A stretch of DNA of 64,000 nucleotides from Eubacteriales bacterium (lineage in GTDB: Bacteria > Bacillota > Clostridia > Christensenellales > JAWKQI01), in contig JAWKQI010000001.1 in NCBI GenBank assembly GCA_041390245.1, forward strand, positions 369,388 to 433,387, given 5' to 3'. This document shows positions 44,835 to 56,050 of the stretch, in pieces. The notes under the pieces were generated by a model. That model saw only the letters and a list, made by a program, of their open reading frames with translations, had not been told where the DNA came from and made no database searches. How positions within the stretch are numbered: the stretch's first letter is position 1; the number at the start of each line of letters is the position of its first letter. Position numbers and translations under genes: made by a program.

Positions 44835-45722
44835 TTACTCTATATTTTGAACTTGCTCACGTATTTTTTCGATCTCTCCTTTTGCCATGAGCACTGCATT
44901 TATAATTTCCAAATCTGAAGATTTGGATCCTATCGTGTTAAACTCGCGGTTTAATTCCTGAAGCAGAAAATCAAGCTGTCTACCCTGAGGTTTAGCCTCA
45001 TTTAAACAATTTTTTGCGCTCTTAACATGTGAAAAGACACGTACCGTTTCCTCTGTTACGTTTTGCTTATCTGCAAAATAAGCGATTTCCGTAGCCAGCC
45101 GCCCTTCGTCTAGATCTAGCCCCTCTGTTAATTCTTGTATCCTTGAAGAAAGTTTTTCTTTGTATTCGACTATAACTGCACCTTCTTTATCGTGAACTAT
45201 TTTAGCAAAAGAATTTATCAAATCAAACCGTTTATCCATGTCTTTTGCAAGGCGCATGCCCTCACGCTCTCTTGCGCCGGCAAGTTCGCCAACCGCATCT
45301 TTAGTTGCCTTAGTCAATATACGTTTTAGCGTCTCCGTATCGTCGTCACTAGATTCAACAGTCAGTATGTCCGGTATGCGCATAAGCTGTGATACACAAA
45401 AGTCGTTTTGTACGCATAGATCTTTTTCAAGTTTTCCAGCAGCTTCTATATATGCTTTTGCAAGTTTTTCGTCGACTAAAACAGTCTTTTGGCATATACT
45501 TCCGTAGTGGCTGACAAACACCTCCAGCCGCCCTCTTGATATGCTTTCCTTTATTATATTTCTTAAATGCTCCTCTAAAGACATCAAAGTCTTAGGTATT
45601 CTAACGTTTAAATCCAAAAACCGGTGGTTAACGCTTTTGATCTCTACGGTGATCCTTACGTCTCCCTCAATAGCTTCCCCTCTGCCAAAGCCTGTCATGC
45701 TCCTCAAATCCGTATCCTCCAA
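44835..45722 (-). CDS. yicC: YicC/YloC-family protein
   Basis: SMTGFGRG N-terminus and the C-terminal EIEKIREQVQNIE. 295 aa, in its conserved position. Confidence 0.88.
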   Translation of the reverse strand: MEDTDLRSMTGFGRGEAIEGDVRITVEIKSVNHRFLDLNVRIPKTLMSLEEHLRNIIKESISRGRLEVFVSHYGSICQKTVLVDEKLAKAYIEAAGKLEKDLCVQNDFCVSQLMRIPDILTVESSDDDTETLKRILTKATKDAVGELAGAREREGMRLAKDMDKRFDLINSFAKIVHDKEGAVIVEYKEKLSSRIQELTEGLDLDEGRLATEIAYFADKQNVTEETVRVFSHVKSAKNCLNEAKPQGRQLDFLLQELNREFNTIGSKSSDLEIINAVLMAKGEIEKIREQVQNIE

Positions 45723-45787
45723 ATCTAATAAAAAGCAGTTCTTAGAAATTATAGCATAAAATATTCAAAAAAAACTTTAATTTTTAT

Positions 45788-46765
45788 TTAAAAAGCTGGT
45801 CTTTTATTGATTGTGGTAAAAAGCTGGTCTTTTTCGGGCGGGTCTATTTTTGATTCAATCCCTCCGCTCCGTTTAATATACCCATTCTTGATTACCACAC
45901 CTATCTCATTTACAACAATACCGTTGCTTTTAAGTGCGGACATTACTTTATCTTTATTGGTTTTATCAACGCTTATCAGCAGGCAGCCGCTTGATATGAG
46001 CCTAAAGACATCTAAATCAAGCTTTTTGCAAATTTTTTTTGTTAAACCAAGTACTGGTATATTATCCAAATATATCTCTATACCGGCGTCAGATGCCTCC
46101 GCCAACTCATAAGCCGCGCCTAAAATGCCTCCTTCAGTTACATCGTGCATAGCGTTAGCTCCGTTTGAACCAGCCAAAGCAGCAGCTAATGACACATCTA
46201 AAGCGTCTTTAATTATATTTAAATCGATTTTATCAGCTTCGTTTAAATCCACAGTGTCTTTTAAAATAAAACTGCCTTCAGAGCCTGCATACCCGGTTAA
46301 AAGAACTGCGTCACCAGCACATGCCTTATTGATTTTAACGCCTTTCTTTTTTCCCACAGCTGTCACGCATAAAACTATACGGTTAACGGCGTCTGTTATT
46401 TCGGTATGCCCACCGACTATATCCACGTTTACTTTATCGGCAGCTTTTTTAGCAGACCTTACTACTTTTTCTATATCGTCTATACTTGAGCTAGAAGGGC
46501 ACATCAGGGTTATCAAAACTGCTATGGGAGTTGCCCCTGCGGCTGCTATATCGTTTACAGACACGTATATAGCAAGGGTCCCCGCATCCGGGTTCTCTGC
46601 TGTTATCGGGTCTGTCGATAAAACACAAAGATCTCCGCCTAAGTTCAAAACTGCAGAATCAATGCCTATCCCTGCACCAACAACAGTCTCTTCCCTTTTA
46701 TTTTTACCAATCAAGTCTAAAACGGATTTTTTAAGCTGTTCATTTGTTAGCTTTCCTATTTCCAT
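45788..46765 (-). CDS. AIR synthase-related (PurM/HypE/ThiL superfamily) protein
   Basis: GIGIDSAVL...LSTDPIT...VNDIAAAGATP...GGHTE pattern of the PurM-like fold. The specific function cannot be assigned. Confidence 0.6.
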   Translation of the reverse strand: MEIGKLTNEQLKKSVLDLIGKNKREETVVGAGIGIDSAVLNLGGDLCVLSTDPITAENPDAGTLAIYVSVNDIAAAGATPIAVLITLMCPSSSSIDDIEKVVRSAKKAADKVNVDIVGGHTEITDAVNRIVLCVTAVGKKKGVKINKACAGDAVLLTGYAGSEGSFILKDTVDLNEADKIDLNIIKDALDVSLAAALAGSNGANAMHDVTEGGILGAAYELAEASDAGIEIYLDNIPVLGLTKKICKKLDLDVFRLISSGCLLISVDKTNKDKVMSALKSNGIVVNEIGVVIKNGYIKRSGGIESKIDPPEKDQLFTTINKRPAF

Positions 46766-46766
46766 G

Positions 46767-48191
46767 CTACTTGGATAGTTCCTCTCTGACTATCTCATTT
46801 ACCATCTTAGGGTTGGCCCTGCCCCCCATTAGCTTCATAACCTGCCCGACAAAGAATGTTACTACTTTCTTTTCATTTCCTGACTTAAATTCATTAACGC
46901 TTTTTTCATTTACTTTTATAAGTTCTTGAACAACGCTTCTAATACTTAAATCGTCGTTTACCTGGGATAATCCCTTTTTCTTCACTATATCGTGGGCGCT
47001 GCCTCCGTTTTTAAATACTTCCTCAAAAACACTTTTAGCAACGGATAAATTAACTACGCCCTTTATTTCTAAATTTATAGCTTCGGCAAGCTGCTCTGGA
47101 GTTACCGGCAGTTGATCCGTTTCCATCCCTTTTAAAAGCCTAAGCAAATCTACCATTATCCAGTTGGATACTTTCTTAGGTTCGCCGACAAGCACATTGA
47201 CCTCCTCAAAGAAATCACAGAGGTTTTTATCTTTTGTTATTAAAGCTGCATCGTATTCCGGAAGGTTAAATTCGCAGATGTAACGCTGCTTCTTTGTTTC
47301 CGGTAGTTCAGGCAAGCTTTCCCTTATATTTTCTACCTCTTCCTTTGTAACAACTATAGGAACCAAATCAGGATCCGGGAAATATCTGTAATCCTTACTG
47401 TCTTCCTTATCGCGCATAGAATAATTCATTCCCTTTGCGTCATCCCACTTAAGCGTTTCCTGGAAAATAGCCTCACCGCTTTCAATAGTATCTATCTGCC
47501 TTTTTAACTCGTATTGTATTGCGCGCTCTATAGATGAAAAGCTATTTAAATTTTTCATCTCAGTCCTAACGCCTAAAGGTTCTCCTTCACGGTTTACAGA
47601 AACGTTTACATCACAGCGCAGCCTTCCTTCCTGCATTTTGCAGTCTGAAACGCCGATAAACTGTATGATTGCCTTTAGCCTTTCCAAAAACTCCTTTGCT
47701 TCGGCAGCAGAAGACATATCAGGCTCTGTAACTATCTCTATCAAAGGGACTCCACATCGGTTTAAATCAACCGCAGTTGCCCCTGGTACTAAATCGTGAA
47801 GCAGCTTTCCTGCATCTTCTTCCATATGTATGCGTAAAATGCGGATTTTTTTATTAGCATCGCCGGATGGGATCTCAACATAACCGTTTTTGCATATTGG
47901 CAAGTCAAACTGTGATATCTGATATGCCTTTGGAAGGTCCGGATAATAGTATCCCTTCCTATCCATTTTAGAAAATTCAGCTATTTCGCAATTTAGTGCC
48001 AAACCTGCTTTAATAGCGTATTCGACAGCTTTTTTATTGAGTACCGGAAGCGCGCCCGGCATACCTAAGCATACAGGGCAACAGTTTGTGTTAGGAGCCG
48101 CTCCGAACTCGTTTTTACATCCGCAAAATATCTTTGTGTTTGTTAAAAGCTCAACGTGAATCTCAAGTCCTATTACAGAATTAAATCTCAT
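46767..48191 (-). CDS. gatB: Asp/Glu-tRNA amidotransferase subunit B
   Basis: [25 protein letters not shown] and a C-terminal YqeY-like tail. It overlaps the gatA stop. Confidence 0.92.
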   Translation of the reverse strand: MRFNSVIGLEIHVELLTNTKIFCGCKNEFGAAPNTNCCPVCLGMPGALPVLNKKAVEYAIKAGLALNCEIAEFSKMDRKGYYYPDLPKAYQISQFDLPICKNGYVEIPSGDANKKIRILRIHMEEDAGKLLHDLVPGATAVDLNRCGVPLIEIVTEPDMSSAAEAKEFLERLKAIIQFIGVSDCKMQEGRLRCDVNVSVNREGEPLGVRTEMKNLNSFSSIERAIQYELKRQIDTIESGEAIFQETLKWDDAKGMNYSMRDKEDSKDYRYFPDPDLVPIVVTKEEVENIRESLPELPETKKQRYICEFNLPEYDAALITKDKNLCDFFEEVNVLVGEPKKVSNWIMVDLLRLLKGMETDQLPVTPEQLAEAINLEIKGVVNLSVAKSVFEEVFKNGGSAHDIVKKKGLSQVNDDLSIRSVVQELIKVNEKSVNEFKSGNEKKVVTFFVGQVMKLMGGRANPKMVNEIVREELSK

Positions 48192-49648
48192 AGCTGAACC
48201 TCCTTTAAGCCAGGGTCATTTTGAAACCCAATCTCACTCTCAAATGCATGAGCGGCTCTTAAAAGCGTAGGCTCACAAAAAGCCGGGCCAATAAACTGTA
48301 CTGCGCTTGGCATTCCGTTTGCGTAAAGGCCAGACGGCACAGAAATTGCCGGAAGCCCTGCAATGTTCACCGGAACAGTATATACGTCCGTTAAATACAT
48401 GCTAAGTGGATCCCGCTTTTCACCAAGCTTAAAGGCACAGTCCGCCGTAACAGGTGAAAATATAATATCAAAATTATCAAATATTTTATCAAAATCAGCC
48501 TTTATAAGGGTTCTCACTTTTAATGCCTTTAAGTAAAATGCATCGTAATACCCGGAAGACAAGACATAATTGCCAAGCATTATTCTTCTCTTTACTTCGT
48601 CTCCGAAAAATTCCCCGCGGGTATTATAATAAACCTCTTTAATATCTGAAGCCTCGGCTCTTGAACCATATTTTATTCCATCAAAACGAGACAGGTTGGA
48701 CGTAGCTTCAGCCGAAGATATGATGTAGTACGCACTAAGTGCATAATCGAATGTAGGAAGAGATGTTAATTCAACTTTTGCTCCTAAACCTTCTAAAACT
48801 TTTACAGATTTATCTATCATATCTTTTGTATGGGCTGGCAGGTCTTCTAAATACTCCTTTGGAATGCCTATCTTCATGCCTTTTATGCCCTTTTTAATAT
48901 CTAGAGTAAAATCCGGAGCTTTAAGCCTTACAGAAGTAGAATCCTTTGTATCCGGCCTGCATATTGTATTTAAAACCATTCCCATATCATATACGTTTCT
49001 AGTTAATGGGCCTATTTGATCTAGAGAGGAAGCAAAGGCGACCAGCCCATACCTGGATACAGATCCGTAAGTGGGTTTCATTCCTACAACGCCGCAGTAA
49101 GATGACGGCTGCCTTATTGACCCGCCGGTATCAGATCCTAACGCAAAGAACGCTTCTTTGGCCGAAACACTTGCAGCCGAACCACCTGAAGAACCGCCTG
49201 GAACACGTGATAAGTCCCACGGGTTTTTTGTCTTTGCAAAAGCAGAATATTCAGTAGATGAACCCATTGCAAACTCATCCATATTTGCCTTGCCTACGAG
49301 AACATATCCCTGTTCCTTTAAAAGCTCAATAACCGTTGCATCATACGGCGCAACAAAGTTTTCAAGCATGCGGGAAGAACAAGTGGTTAAAAGCCCCTTT
49401 GTCAAAATATTGTCTTTTATTATTCCTGGGATTCCAGTTAATGGATTATTAGTTCCTTCTTTTATCTTTTTGTCTGCATTTTTAGCATTCTCTATAGCTA
49501 TGTCATTCGTAATAAGATTTAGTGCAGAGATTTTCTCTTCTGCAAAATTAATCCTGTCAAGACACGCTTTTGTCAATTCATTTGAGCTTACTTCTCCTTT
49601 ATTGAGCAAGTCCGATGCTTGTTTTAATGTTAATTCATGTAATTCCAA
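48188..49648 (-). CDS. gatA: Asp/Glu-tRNA amidotransferase subunit A
   Basis: Amidase signature [11 protein letters not shown] and [11 protein letters not shown]. Confidence 0.92.
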   Translation of the reverse strand: MELHELTLKQASDLLNKGEVSSNELTKACLDRINFAEEKISALNLITNDIAIENAKNADKKIKEGTNNPLTGIPGIIKDNILTKGLLTTCSSRMLENFVAPYDATVIELLKEQGYVLVGKANMDEFAMGSSTEYSAFAKTKNPWDLSRVPGGSSGGSAASVSAKEAFFALGSDTGGSIRQPSSYCGVVGMKPTYGSVSRYGLVAFASSLDQIGPLTRNVYDMGMVLNTICRPDTKDSTSVRLKAPDFTLDIKKGIKGMKIGIPKEYLEDLPAHTKDMIDKSVKVLEGLGAKVELTSLPTFDYALSAYYIISSAEATSNLSRFDGIKYGSRAEASDIKEVYYNTRGEFFGDEVKRRIMLGNYVLSSGYYDAFYLKALKVRTLIKADFDKIFDNFDIIFSPVTADCAFKLGEKRDPLSMYLTDVYTVPVNIAGLPAISVPSGLYANGMPSAVQFIGPAFCEPTLLRAAHAFESEIGFQNDPGLKEVQL

Positions 49649-49661
49649 GATAGTTCTCCCC

Positions 49662-49949
49662 CTATTCCAACACTTTAGGGACTATAAAACAACCATAGCC
49701 GCTCTCAGGTGCATTTAGCAGCACCTTATCTATACTAAGCCCTTTTTCTTCTAAGTCTTCCCTGAAAACGTTTTTAACGTTTAATACATGTGCAGTGGGA
49801 GGGACATCTTTTGTATCTAAATCATCTATTTTTTTGGCATGTGCCAAAATATTTTCTAAATTTTTCGCAATCCTGGTTTCTTCATCCTCATTTAATTTAA
49901 GGCGAGACAAAACTGCGATACGCTTAACTTCTTCCTTCGTTATCTTCAT
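49662..49949 (-). CDS. gatC: Asp/Glu-tRNA amidotransferase subunit C
   Basis: [30 protein letters not shown] lies 6 nt upstream of ATG 49949. The track ORF is 12 codons longer. Confidence 0.88.
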   Translation of the reverse strand: MKITKEEVKRIAVLSRLKLNEDEETRIAKNLENILAHAKKIDDLDTKDVPPTAHVLNVKNVFREDLEEKGLSIDKVLLNAPESGYGCFIVPKVLE

Positions 49950-50012
49950 AAAAAGCTCCTTTAAATTCTTAACCCTAATTTTCACATCATGATATTATAA
50001 CTTATTAATAAG

Positions 50013-51965
50013 TTATAAATCAAGTAAACTCAAAAACTCCTTTTCATCAAGTACTGTAACTGCATTCTTCTTTGCCTTATCAAGTTTGCTTCCCGGTTTT
50101 TCACCGCAAATAACAGCAAAAGTGTCTTTAGTAACAGAAGAGGATACGCTACCACCCTCCCTTTCTATTACCTTAGTAGCTTCTTCTCTCGTCATAGTTT
50201 CAAGTGTGCCAGTTAATACGAACTTTTTACCAAATAACTTGCCGTTTTTGTCGCTTGTCTCCTTTCTGGGCGAAACTCCTGCCCTAAACAGCCTTCTTAG
50301 TATCTCTTTATTTTTTTCATCTTCTAGAAAGGCACGTATGCCTCTAGCCGTCAATAACCCAACATCTTTTACGGCGACCAAATCTTCCAAAGTGGTATTT
50401 TCAAATGCCTCGAAACTTAAAAACCTTTTTGCCAAACTCTTTGCTGTCGCCTTGCCGACACCAGGTATACCAAGTGCATATAAAAAATTCGATAGTCTTG
50501 GCGTTTTGCTCTTCTCAATTGCTTCCTTTAATTTTGAAACTTTTTTCTCCTTAAAGCCCCTTATCTTTAGGAGTTTATCGTAATCTATAAAATATAGCGC
50601 CGATACATCTTTTGCGCCTAATTTTCCTATAAGAACGCCTATCGTTTTTTCGCTCACATCCGTTATATCCATTGCTCCGCGTTCTGCGAAGTGCGCCATC
50701 CTGGCTGTTAACTGCGGAACACAATAAAGTGAGTTATTACAGAATATATTCGCCCCATCCCTAACAATTTCCTTCCCGCAGGCAGGACAAAATTTCGGCG
50801 GGACTATTTTTTTAGAATCTGGATAGTGTTGTGCCACTCCTGTAATCTCCGGAATAACGTCGTTAGAGCGGCGGATAAACACCTTAGAACCTATCTTTAT
50901 ATCTTTTTTTAATATATCGCCATAATTATTAAGCGTTGCATTTTTAACAGTGGCTCCGCCGATGTCTACCGGCTCTAAGTGCGCTTTCGGCGTCAGTTTT
51001 CCCGTTCTTCCTACTTCCCAAGTCACGTCTAAAAGTTTAGTGGTCTTTTCTTCTGCACTGAACTTATAGGCAACCGCCCATCTCGGGAACTTTTCCGTTG
51101 CCCCAAGAGACAGCCTGTCCGCCATATCGTTTAGCTTTAGAACTGCACCATCTATCAAAAAATCCAAATCAAAACGTGTTTCTTCTATCTCTTTAATCGC
51201 ATTTATAGCTTCGTTTACATCTGGGACGAGTTTTATAAACGGGCTTAACTTAAAACCGCATTCACGTAAAAACTTAATCATCTCAATATGTGTATCAAAA
51301 CTTTTTCCCTCTATATACCCAATGCTATAAAAATAAATATCTATTTTGCGTTTTTTAGCAACTCCCGGGTCTAAATTCCTTAGTGCCCCGGCCGCTGCAT
51401 TCCTTGCATTTTTAAATTTTATATCTTCTTCATTATTTATCTTTTCGAGATCTGATAAATGTATTATAGCCTCGCCCTGAACTTCCATCCTTCCGGTAAA
51501 CGGTATTTTTTTTACAACCGATTTTATGTTTTTAACCTGTGCTAAAATCCCCTCGCCGGTTACTCCGTCTCCTCTCGTTGCCGCCTGCCTTAGATATCCC
51601 CCATCGTAAGTTAAGTTAACTGTCAGGCCGTCAAACTTATACTCTACCACATAATCGGATTTTTTATTTAATATCTTCTCGTTCCTAATATAAAAGGCTT
51701 TTAGGTCTTGTTGCGTTTTTACTTTGTCTAAACTGTATAGAGGCGACAGATGAGTATGTTTTTCAAACTGTGTTAAGACATTGCCGCCGACCCGCCTGGT
51801 AGGAGAGTTTTCAAGTACCACGCCGCTTTGCTTTTCAAGACGAACCAGCTTATCGTAAAGTTCATCGTATTCAGCATCACTCACTATCGGGCTATCCAGC
51901 GTGTAGTAGTGGTAATTGAAAGAATTTAAACTTTCAATCAGCCTTTTCATTTCTTCTTCTATCAT
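50013..51965 (-). CDS. ligA: NAD-dependent DNA ligase
   Basis: Adenylation motif EYKFDGL, Zn finger CPACG...C.N..C, HhH repeats and a C-terminal BRCT (GKKFVLTGTL). Confidence 0.93.
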   Translation of the reverse strand: MIEEEMKRLIESLNSFNYHYYTLDSPIVSDAEYDELYDKLVRLEKQSGVVLENSPTRRVGGNVLTQFEKHTHLSPLYSLDKVKTQQDLKAFYIRNEKILNKKSDYVVEYKFDGLTVNLTYDGGYLRQAATRGDGVTGEGILAQVKNIKSVVKKIPFTGRMEVQGEAIIHLSDLEKINNEEDIKFKNARNAAAGALRNLDPGVAKKRKIDIYFYSIGYIEGKSFDTHIEMIKFLRECGFKLSPFIKLVPDVNEAINAIKEIEETRFDLDFLIDGAVLKLNDMADRLSLGATEKFPRWAVAYKFSAEEKTTKLLDVTWEVGRTGKLTPKAHLEPVDIGGATVKNATLNNYGDILKKDIKIGSKVFIRRSNDVIPEITGVAQHYPDSKKIVPPKFCPACGKEIVRDGANIFCNNSLYCVPQLTARMAHFAERGAMDITDVSEKTIGVLIGKLGAKDVSALYFIDYDKLLKIRGFKEKKVSKLKEAIEKSKTPRLSNFLYALGIPGVGKATAKSLAKRFLSFEAFENTTLEDLVAVKDVGLLTARGIRAFLEDEKNKEILRRLFRAGVSPRKETSDKNGKLFGKKFVLTGTLETMTREEATKVIEREGGSVSSSVTKDTFAVICGEKPGSKLDKAKKNAVTVLDEKEFLSLLDL

Positions 51966-52001
51966 AAACTTTCACCTTTATTAGGTATTATTTACTAAAC
52001 T

Positions 52002-54170
52002 TTAATAATCAATTACGGCAAGCGGAGCAAATGCCGTAAAAATTTTCTTTTGCCCGACACTGTCAAAGTCTACAACTGCTATGGTCTCTTTCCCTTCCCC
52101 GGAAACTTTAACGACTACGCCGTCACCAAACTTGGAATGGTTTACATGTGCACCAACACAAATACCTTCTTTTAAAACTGCTTGAGGCAGCTTTTGGCTA
52201 TGATACTGAAAAAAGTTTTGTTTTATTTTCGGTTCTTTTATAAAATGCGGCTTAAACTTTGGTGCACTTTTTTTATCAATCATTTTATCCGGCACTTCAT
52301 CTAAAAAACGGGAACGTGAATAGCTTTTATATCCGCCCATAGTCCCGTAAGTCGTACGCATATGCCCCCAAGTCATATATAAATACTTTTTTGCCCTGGT
52401 TATACCGACATAGCAAAGGCGCCTTTCTTCATCCACTTTTTCCTCGCTTAAAGATGCGGCATGAGGTAATATCCCCTCCTGCATGCCCGCCAATACCACC
52501 ACGTCAAACTCAAGCCCTTTAGCGGAATGCAACGTCAATAAAGAAATGCTCTCCTCCTTTTCACCCATATCGTCTAACTCAGATATAAGAGCGCTTTCAT
52601 ACATAAAATCGTAAAGAGTAGCTCCCTCATTTTGCTGTTCAAATGTATATGCTCCATTTAAAAATTCAAGCAGGTTGTCTATCCTGTTCTTTGCTTCAGG
52701 AGTGCCTTCCTTTTCATAACTTGCGATTAAACCGGATTCTTTTAAAACCGTATCTACGAATTCGCTTATACTTAAAGAAGAAAGTTTTTCCCTAAAGCCT
52801 TCAACCAGTGAAACAAAAGAAAGTACTGTAGCGGCAGATTTATTTGGCAAAATGCTGCTAGCATTTTGCCCCGCTTCGAACATGGAAATGTCTTTTAAAG
52901 TCGCTTCGTCAGACAGAGTACCCAAACTTTTGGCACCTATTCCCCTTTTTGGGCTTCCCGATGCCCTTATAAAAGATACGTTAGACGAGGTGTTAAGGAT
53001 TAGATTCAAATATGCAAGTAGATCCTTTATTTCACTTCTTTGGTAAAACCCAAACCCTCCATATACGCGGTATTTAATTCCACGGGATTTAATCTGCGCT
53101 TCAATAACGCGAGACTGCATATTTGTCCTGTACATCACTGCTATCTCATTTGGCAAGACTCCCTGCTGCAAATGCATGCTTACAGTATCTGCTATAAACT
53201 CAGCTTCTTTAAATTCATTTTCACATTCGAATTCAACAGGTGGGCTTAACAGTTCAAGCTCTGAAAACAGTGTCTTTCCCTTTCTGCTCGGGTTGTTTTT
53301 TATAACACTGTTGGCTACGTCTAATATGCGTTGGTGCGAACGGTAGTTTTGCTCTAGCCTCACTATCTTTGCACTGGAAAAATCTTTTTCAAATTCAAGT
53401 ATGTTTCTTATGTCCGCGCCCCTAAATCCATAGATAGACTGATCGTCGTCGCCTACTACGAATATATTTTTATGAAATGATGAAAGTTTCTTTAAAATAT
53501 CATACTGGACGAGGTTAGTATCCTGGTATTCATCCACCAGGATATGTTCAAACTTAGAAGAATATTTTTTTAAAACTTCTTCATTATCTAAAAGCTGCCT
53601 TGTTTTTAAAAGCAAATCGTCAAAATCAAAGGCAGCGTTTTTCTTCATCGCTTTTTCGTATTCCTTATATATTTTAGCAATGTCCTCTTCTATTTGCGAG
53701 GCCGATTCGCTTAGAAGCTCGTCCGGAGTTTTCCCTTTGTTTTTAGCATCGCTTATGATTTTCCTGGCTGCTTTTTTGTTTATATAGTCTTCACTGAATC
53801 CAAGATTTTTCTGGCAGGAAGCTACTAAACTTAAAACATCCCCTTCATCATATATAGAAAACCCGCTTGAATATCCTATCTTATCCGAATCTATCCTTAA
53901 TATCCTAAGGCATATAGAATGGAACGTACCTATCCACATTCCCTTGGAACCTACTAATGTGTTTATCCTCTCCCTCATCTCCGCAGCTGCTTTATTGGTA
54001 AAAGTTACCGCTAAGATATGGTAAGGCAAAACCCCTTTTTCAATCAAATATGCTGCGCGATAAGTAAGAACACGCGTTTTCCCCGATCCGGCGCCAGCTA
54101 AGACAAGTGTAGCCCCGCTTGAAGCAGTCACTGCCTCTTTCTGTGCCGAATTTAGTTTGTTAAAATCCAT
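52002..54170 (-). CDS. pcrA: ATP-dependent DNA helicase PcrA (UvrD family)
   Basis: LNSAQKEAV, AGAGSGKT, DEYQDTN and VGITRAK motifs. Confidence 0.92.
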   Translation of the reverse strand: MDFNKLNSAQKEAVTASSGATLVLAGAGSGKTRVLTYRAAYLIEKGVLPYHILAVTFTNKAAAEMRERINTLVGSKGMWIGTFHSICLRILRIDSDKIGYSSGFSIYDEGDVLSLVASCQKNLGFSEDYINKKAARKIISDAKNKGKTPDELLSESASQIEEDIAKIYKEYEKAMKKNAAFDFDDLLLKTRQLLDNEEVLKKYSSKFEHILVDEYQDTNLVQYDILKKLSSFHKNIFVVGDDDQSIYGFRGADIRNILEFEKDFSSAKIVRLEQNYRSHQRILDVANSVIKNNPSRKGKTLFSELELLSPPVEFECENEFKEAEFIADTVSMHLQQGVLPNEIAVMYRTNMQSRVIEAQIKSRGIKYRVYGGFGFYQRSEIKDLLAYLNLILNTSSNVSFIRASGSPKRGIGAKSLGTLSDEATLKDISMFEAGQNASSILPNKSAATVLSFVSLVEGFREKLSSLSISEFVDTVLKESGLIASYEKEGTPEAKNRIDNLLEFLNGAYTFEQQNEGATLYDFMYESALISELDDMGEKEESISLLTLHSAKGLEFDVVVLAGMQEGILPHAASLSEEKVDEERRLCYVGITRAKKYLYMTWGHMRTTYGTMGGYKSYSRSRFLDEVPDKMIDKKSAPKFKPHFIKEPKIKQNFFQYHSQKLPQAVLKEGICVGAHVNHSKFGDGVVVKVSGEGKETIAVVDFDSVGQKKIFTAFAPLAVIDY

Positions 54171-54197
54171 AACTATCCCTTTTTGTACCGGCTAAAT

Positions 54198-54500
54198 TTA
54201 CTCTTCGCCTTTTTCTATTCTATCTATAACCATTCTATAACCACCGGTACCATAGTTAATGCATCGGTTAACTCGGCTTATTGTTGCAGTTGATACCTTT
54301 GTCTTATTAGCTATATCTTGACAAGTATGCTTATCCTTAAGTAGAAACGCAACTTTTAACCTGTTAACAAGCGCGGTCAACTCTGAGATAGTACATATAT
54401 CTTCAAAAAACATATAGCATTCTTCTTCGTTTTTTAAAGATAATATGGCTTTAAACAGCTTATCAGTATCTTCATTTTTAAGCTTTGATATATACGACAT
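54198..54500 (-). CDS. yerC: YerC/YecD (TrpR-like) DNA-binding protein
   Basis: 100 aa. ...CTISELTALVNRLKVAFLL...STATISRVNRCINYG is the TrpR-related YerC signature. Confidence 0.8.
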   Translation of the reverse strand: MSYISKLKNEDTDKLFKAILSLKNEEECYMFFEDICTISELTALVNRLKVAFLLKDKHTCQDIANKTKVSTATISRVNRCINYGTGGYRMVIDRIEKGEE

Positions 54501-54668
54501 AAATGCCTCCTCAAGCCATGCTTGAAAAATAAAATCTATTTATATTTTAACACGTTATCATGCGAAATTAAAGCCCTAAAAACCTTAAAAATAAACTTTT
54601 TAAGGAATATTTTTTTTATGTATAAATAAACATATTAAAGAAAAGCATAAAAAAGCGGAGGAATTTTA

Positions 54669-55346
54669 TTGTCGCTTTCTATAAAGATAAATAAAATAAT
54701 TTGTCTGCTGTTCTTAGTAACGCTGATATTATTTACGGCAAGCTGCTCGGCCGTTGAACAGAGTATTAAATCGGAAGACAAGCAAGTGGCAATAACTATA
54801 GATATGTCCTTTGGAGATGACGACTATACCGAAGAAATCTTATCCGTTTTAGATAAATTAAATGTAAAAGCATCTTTTTTCATAGTTGGAATGCTTGCCG
54901 AGAAAAAGCCCATATTAATAAAGCGTTTAGCCTCCTATGGCATGGATATAGAAAATCATTCGTACTCACATAAAAACTACACGCTCTTAAACGATGAGGA
55001 GATCGTTGCCGATGCTAATAAGACAAATGAACTGATACTTAATCAAGGAATTGAAACAAATAAGTATATCCGCCCGCCGTTTAATGTGGTAGACGACCGC
55101 ATAAAAAATGCTCTGGCCAATGCAGGATATACAGTTGTCTTGGGGCTAGATTCAAGGGATTGGGAGCGAAACGGATTTAGTTCAATAGTTTCAAATATAT
55201 TAGACTCGGTCCAGCCGGGAGATATACTTATGTTCCAATCAAACGTAATGGATACCCCGGCTGCGATCGAAAAGATAATAACAACGCTTAGGGAAAGGGG
55301 CTATAAAATAGTACCGTTAAACGAACTTATAGCCGGCCGGGAATAA
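54669..55346 (+). CDS. Polysaccharide deacetylase (NodB-domain) lipoprotein
   Basis: TTG start, lipobox LFTASC, and NodB motifs TIDMSFGDDD, HSYSH and RPPF. Confidence 0.8.
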   Translation: MSLSIKINKIICLLFLVTLILFTASCSAVEQSIKSEDKQVAITIDMSFGDDDYTEEILSVLDKLNVKASFFIVGMLAEKKPILIKRLASYGMDIENHSYSHKNYTLLNDEEIVADANKTNELILNQGIETNKYIRPPFNVVDDRIKNALANAGYTVVLGLDSRDWERNGFSSIVSNILDSVQPGDILMFQSNVMDTPAAIEKIITTLRERGYKIVPLNELIAGRE

Positions 55347-55387
55347 AGATACTGGCTTTTACAAACGTTTTGGAGGATATTTTAACT

Positions 55388-56020
55388 ATGCAGGATACTT
55401 TTACGAACATACTGGAACTTACCGGGCATGTCTTAACCAAACCGGTTAAAAGCCACGAGCTTTTTGACGAAGTCTTTTATACCTTTAACATCGAAGTAAA
55501 GCGGCTTTCCTTCGTTTCGGACATTCTGCCAGTTACCGTATCCGAAAAGACTCTTTCTTTATTCAAAATAGATGAAGGCGATCTAATCAAAGTAACCGGG
55601 CAGTTAAGATCCTATAACCATATAAAAGAAGGATCTTCCAAACTTGTTTTAACTGTGTTTTGCAAAAAACTTTCTCCCTCTGAAAACGAATTTGAAAACG
55701 ATGTATCTTTAATGGGATATGTGTGCAGAAAACCGACCTACCGTATAACGCCTTTCGGGAGGGAGATCACAGATCTGCTTTTAGCTGTAAACCGTGCATA
55801 CAATAAATCCGATTATATACCATTAATAGTGTGGGGCAAAAATGCGAGGCTTACCTCAGACCTTCAGATAGGTGACAGGATACGCATTGAAGGCCGGCTC
55901 CAATCCAGAGAATATGAAAAAGTCCTCGATACTAAAAAGGAAATAAGGACGGCATATGAAGTTTCCGTCTCTACTATAACTCTTCCAGACAAAAAAGTGC
56001 TAGAAAAAACCGACTCATAA
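55388..56020 (+). CDS. Tandem-OB-fold SSB-like protein without an acidic C-terminal tail
   Basis: There are two successive SSB-like OB patterns: NILELTGHVLTKP...GDLIKVTGQLRSY and NDVSLMGYVCRKP...IVWGKNA...GDRIRIEGRLQSREY. ATG at 55388; the track ORF starts 6 codons earlier at a TTG with no RBS. Confidence 0.5.
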   Translation: MQDTFTNILELTGHVLTKPVKSHELFDEVFYTFNIEVKRLSFVSDILPVTVSEKTLSLFKIDEGDLIKVTGQLRSYNHIKEGSSKLVLTVFCKKLSPSENEFENDVSLMGYVCRKPTYRITPFGREITDLLLAVNRAYNKSDYIPLIVWGKNARLTSDLQIGDRIRIEGRLQSREYEKVLDTKKEIRTAYEVSVSTITLPDKKVLEKTDS

Positions 56021-56050
56021 AAAAAGCACCGTCAACGGTGCTTTTTTATT

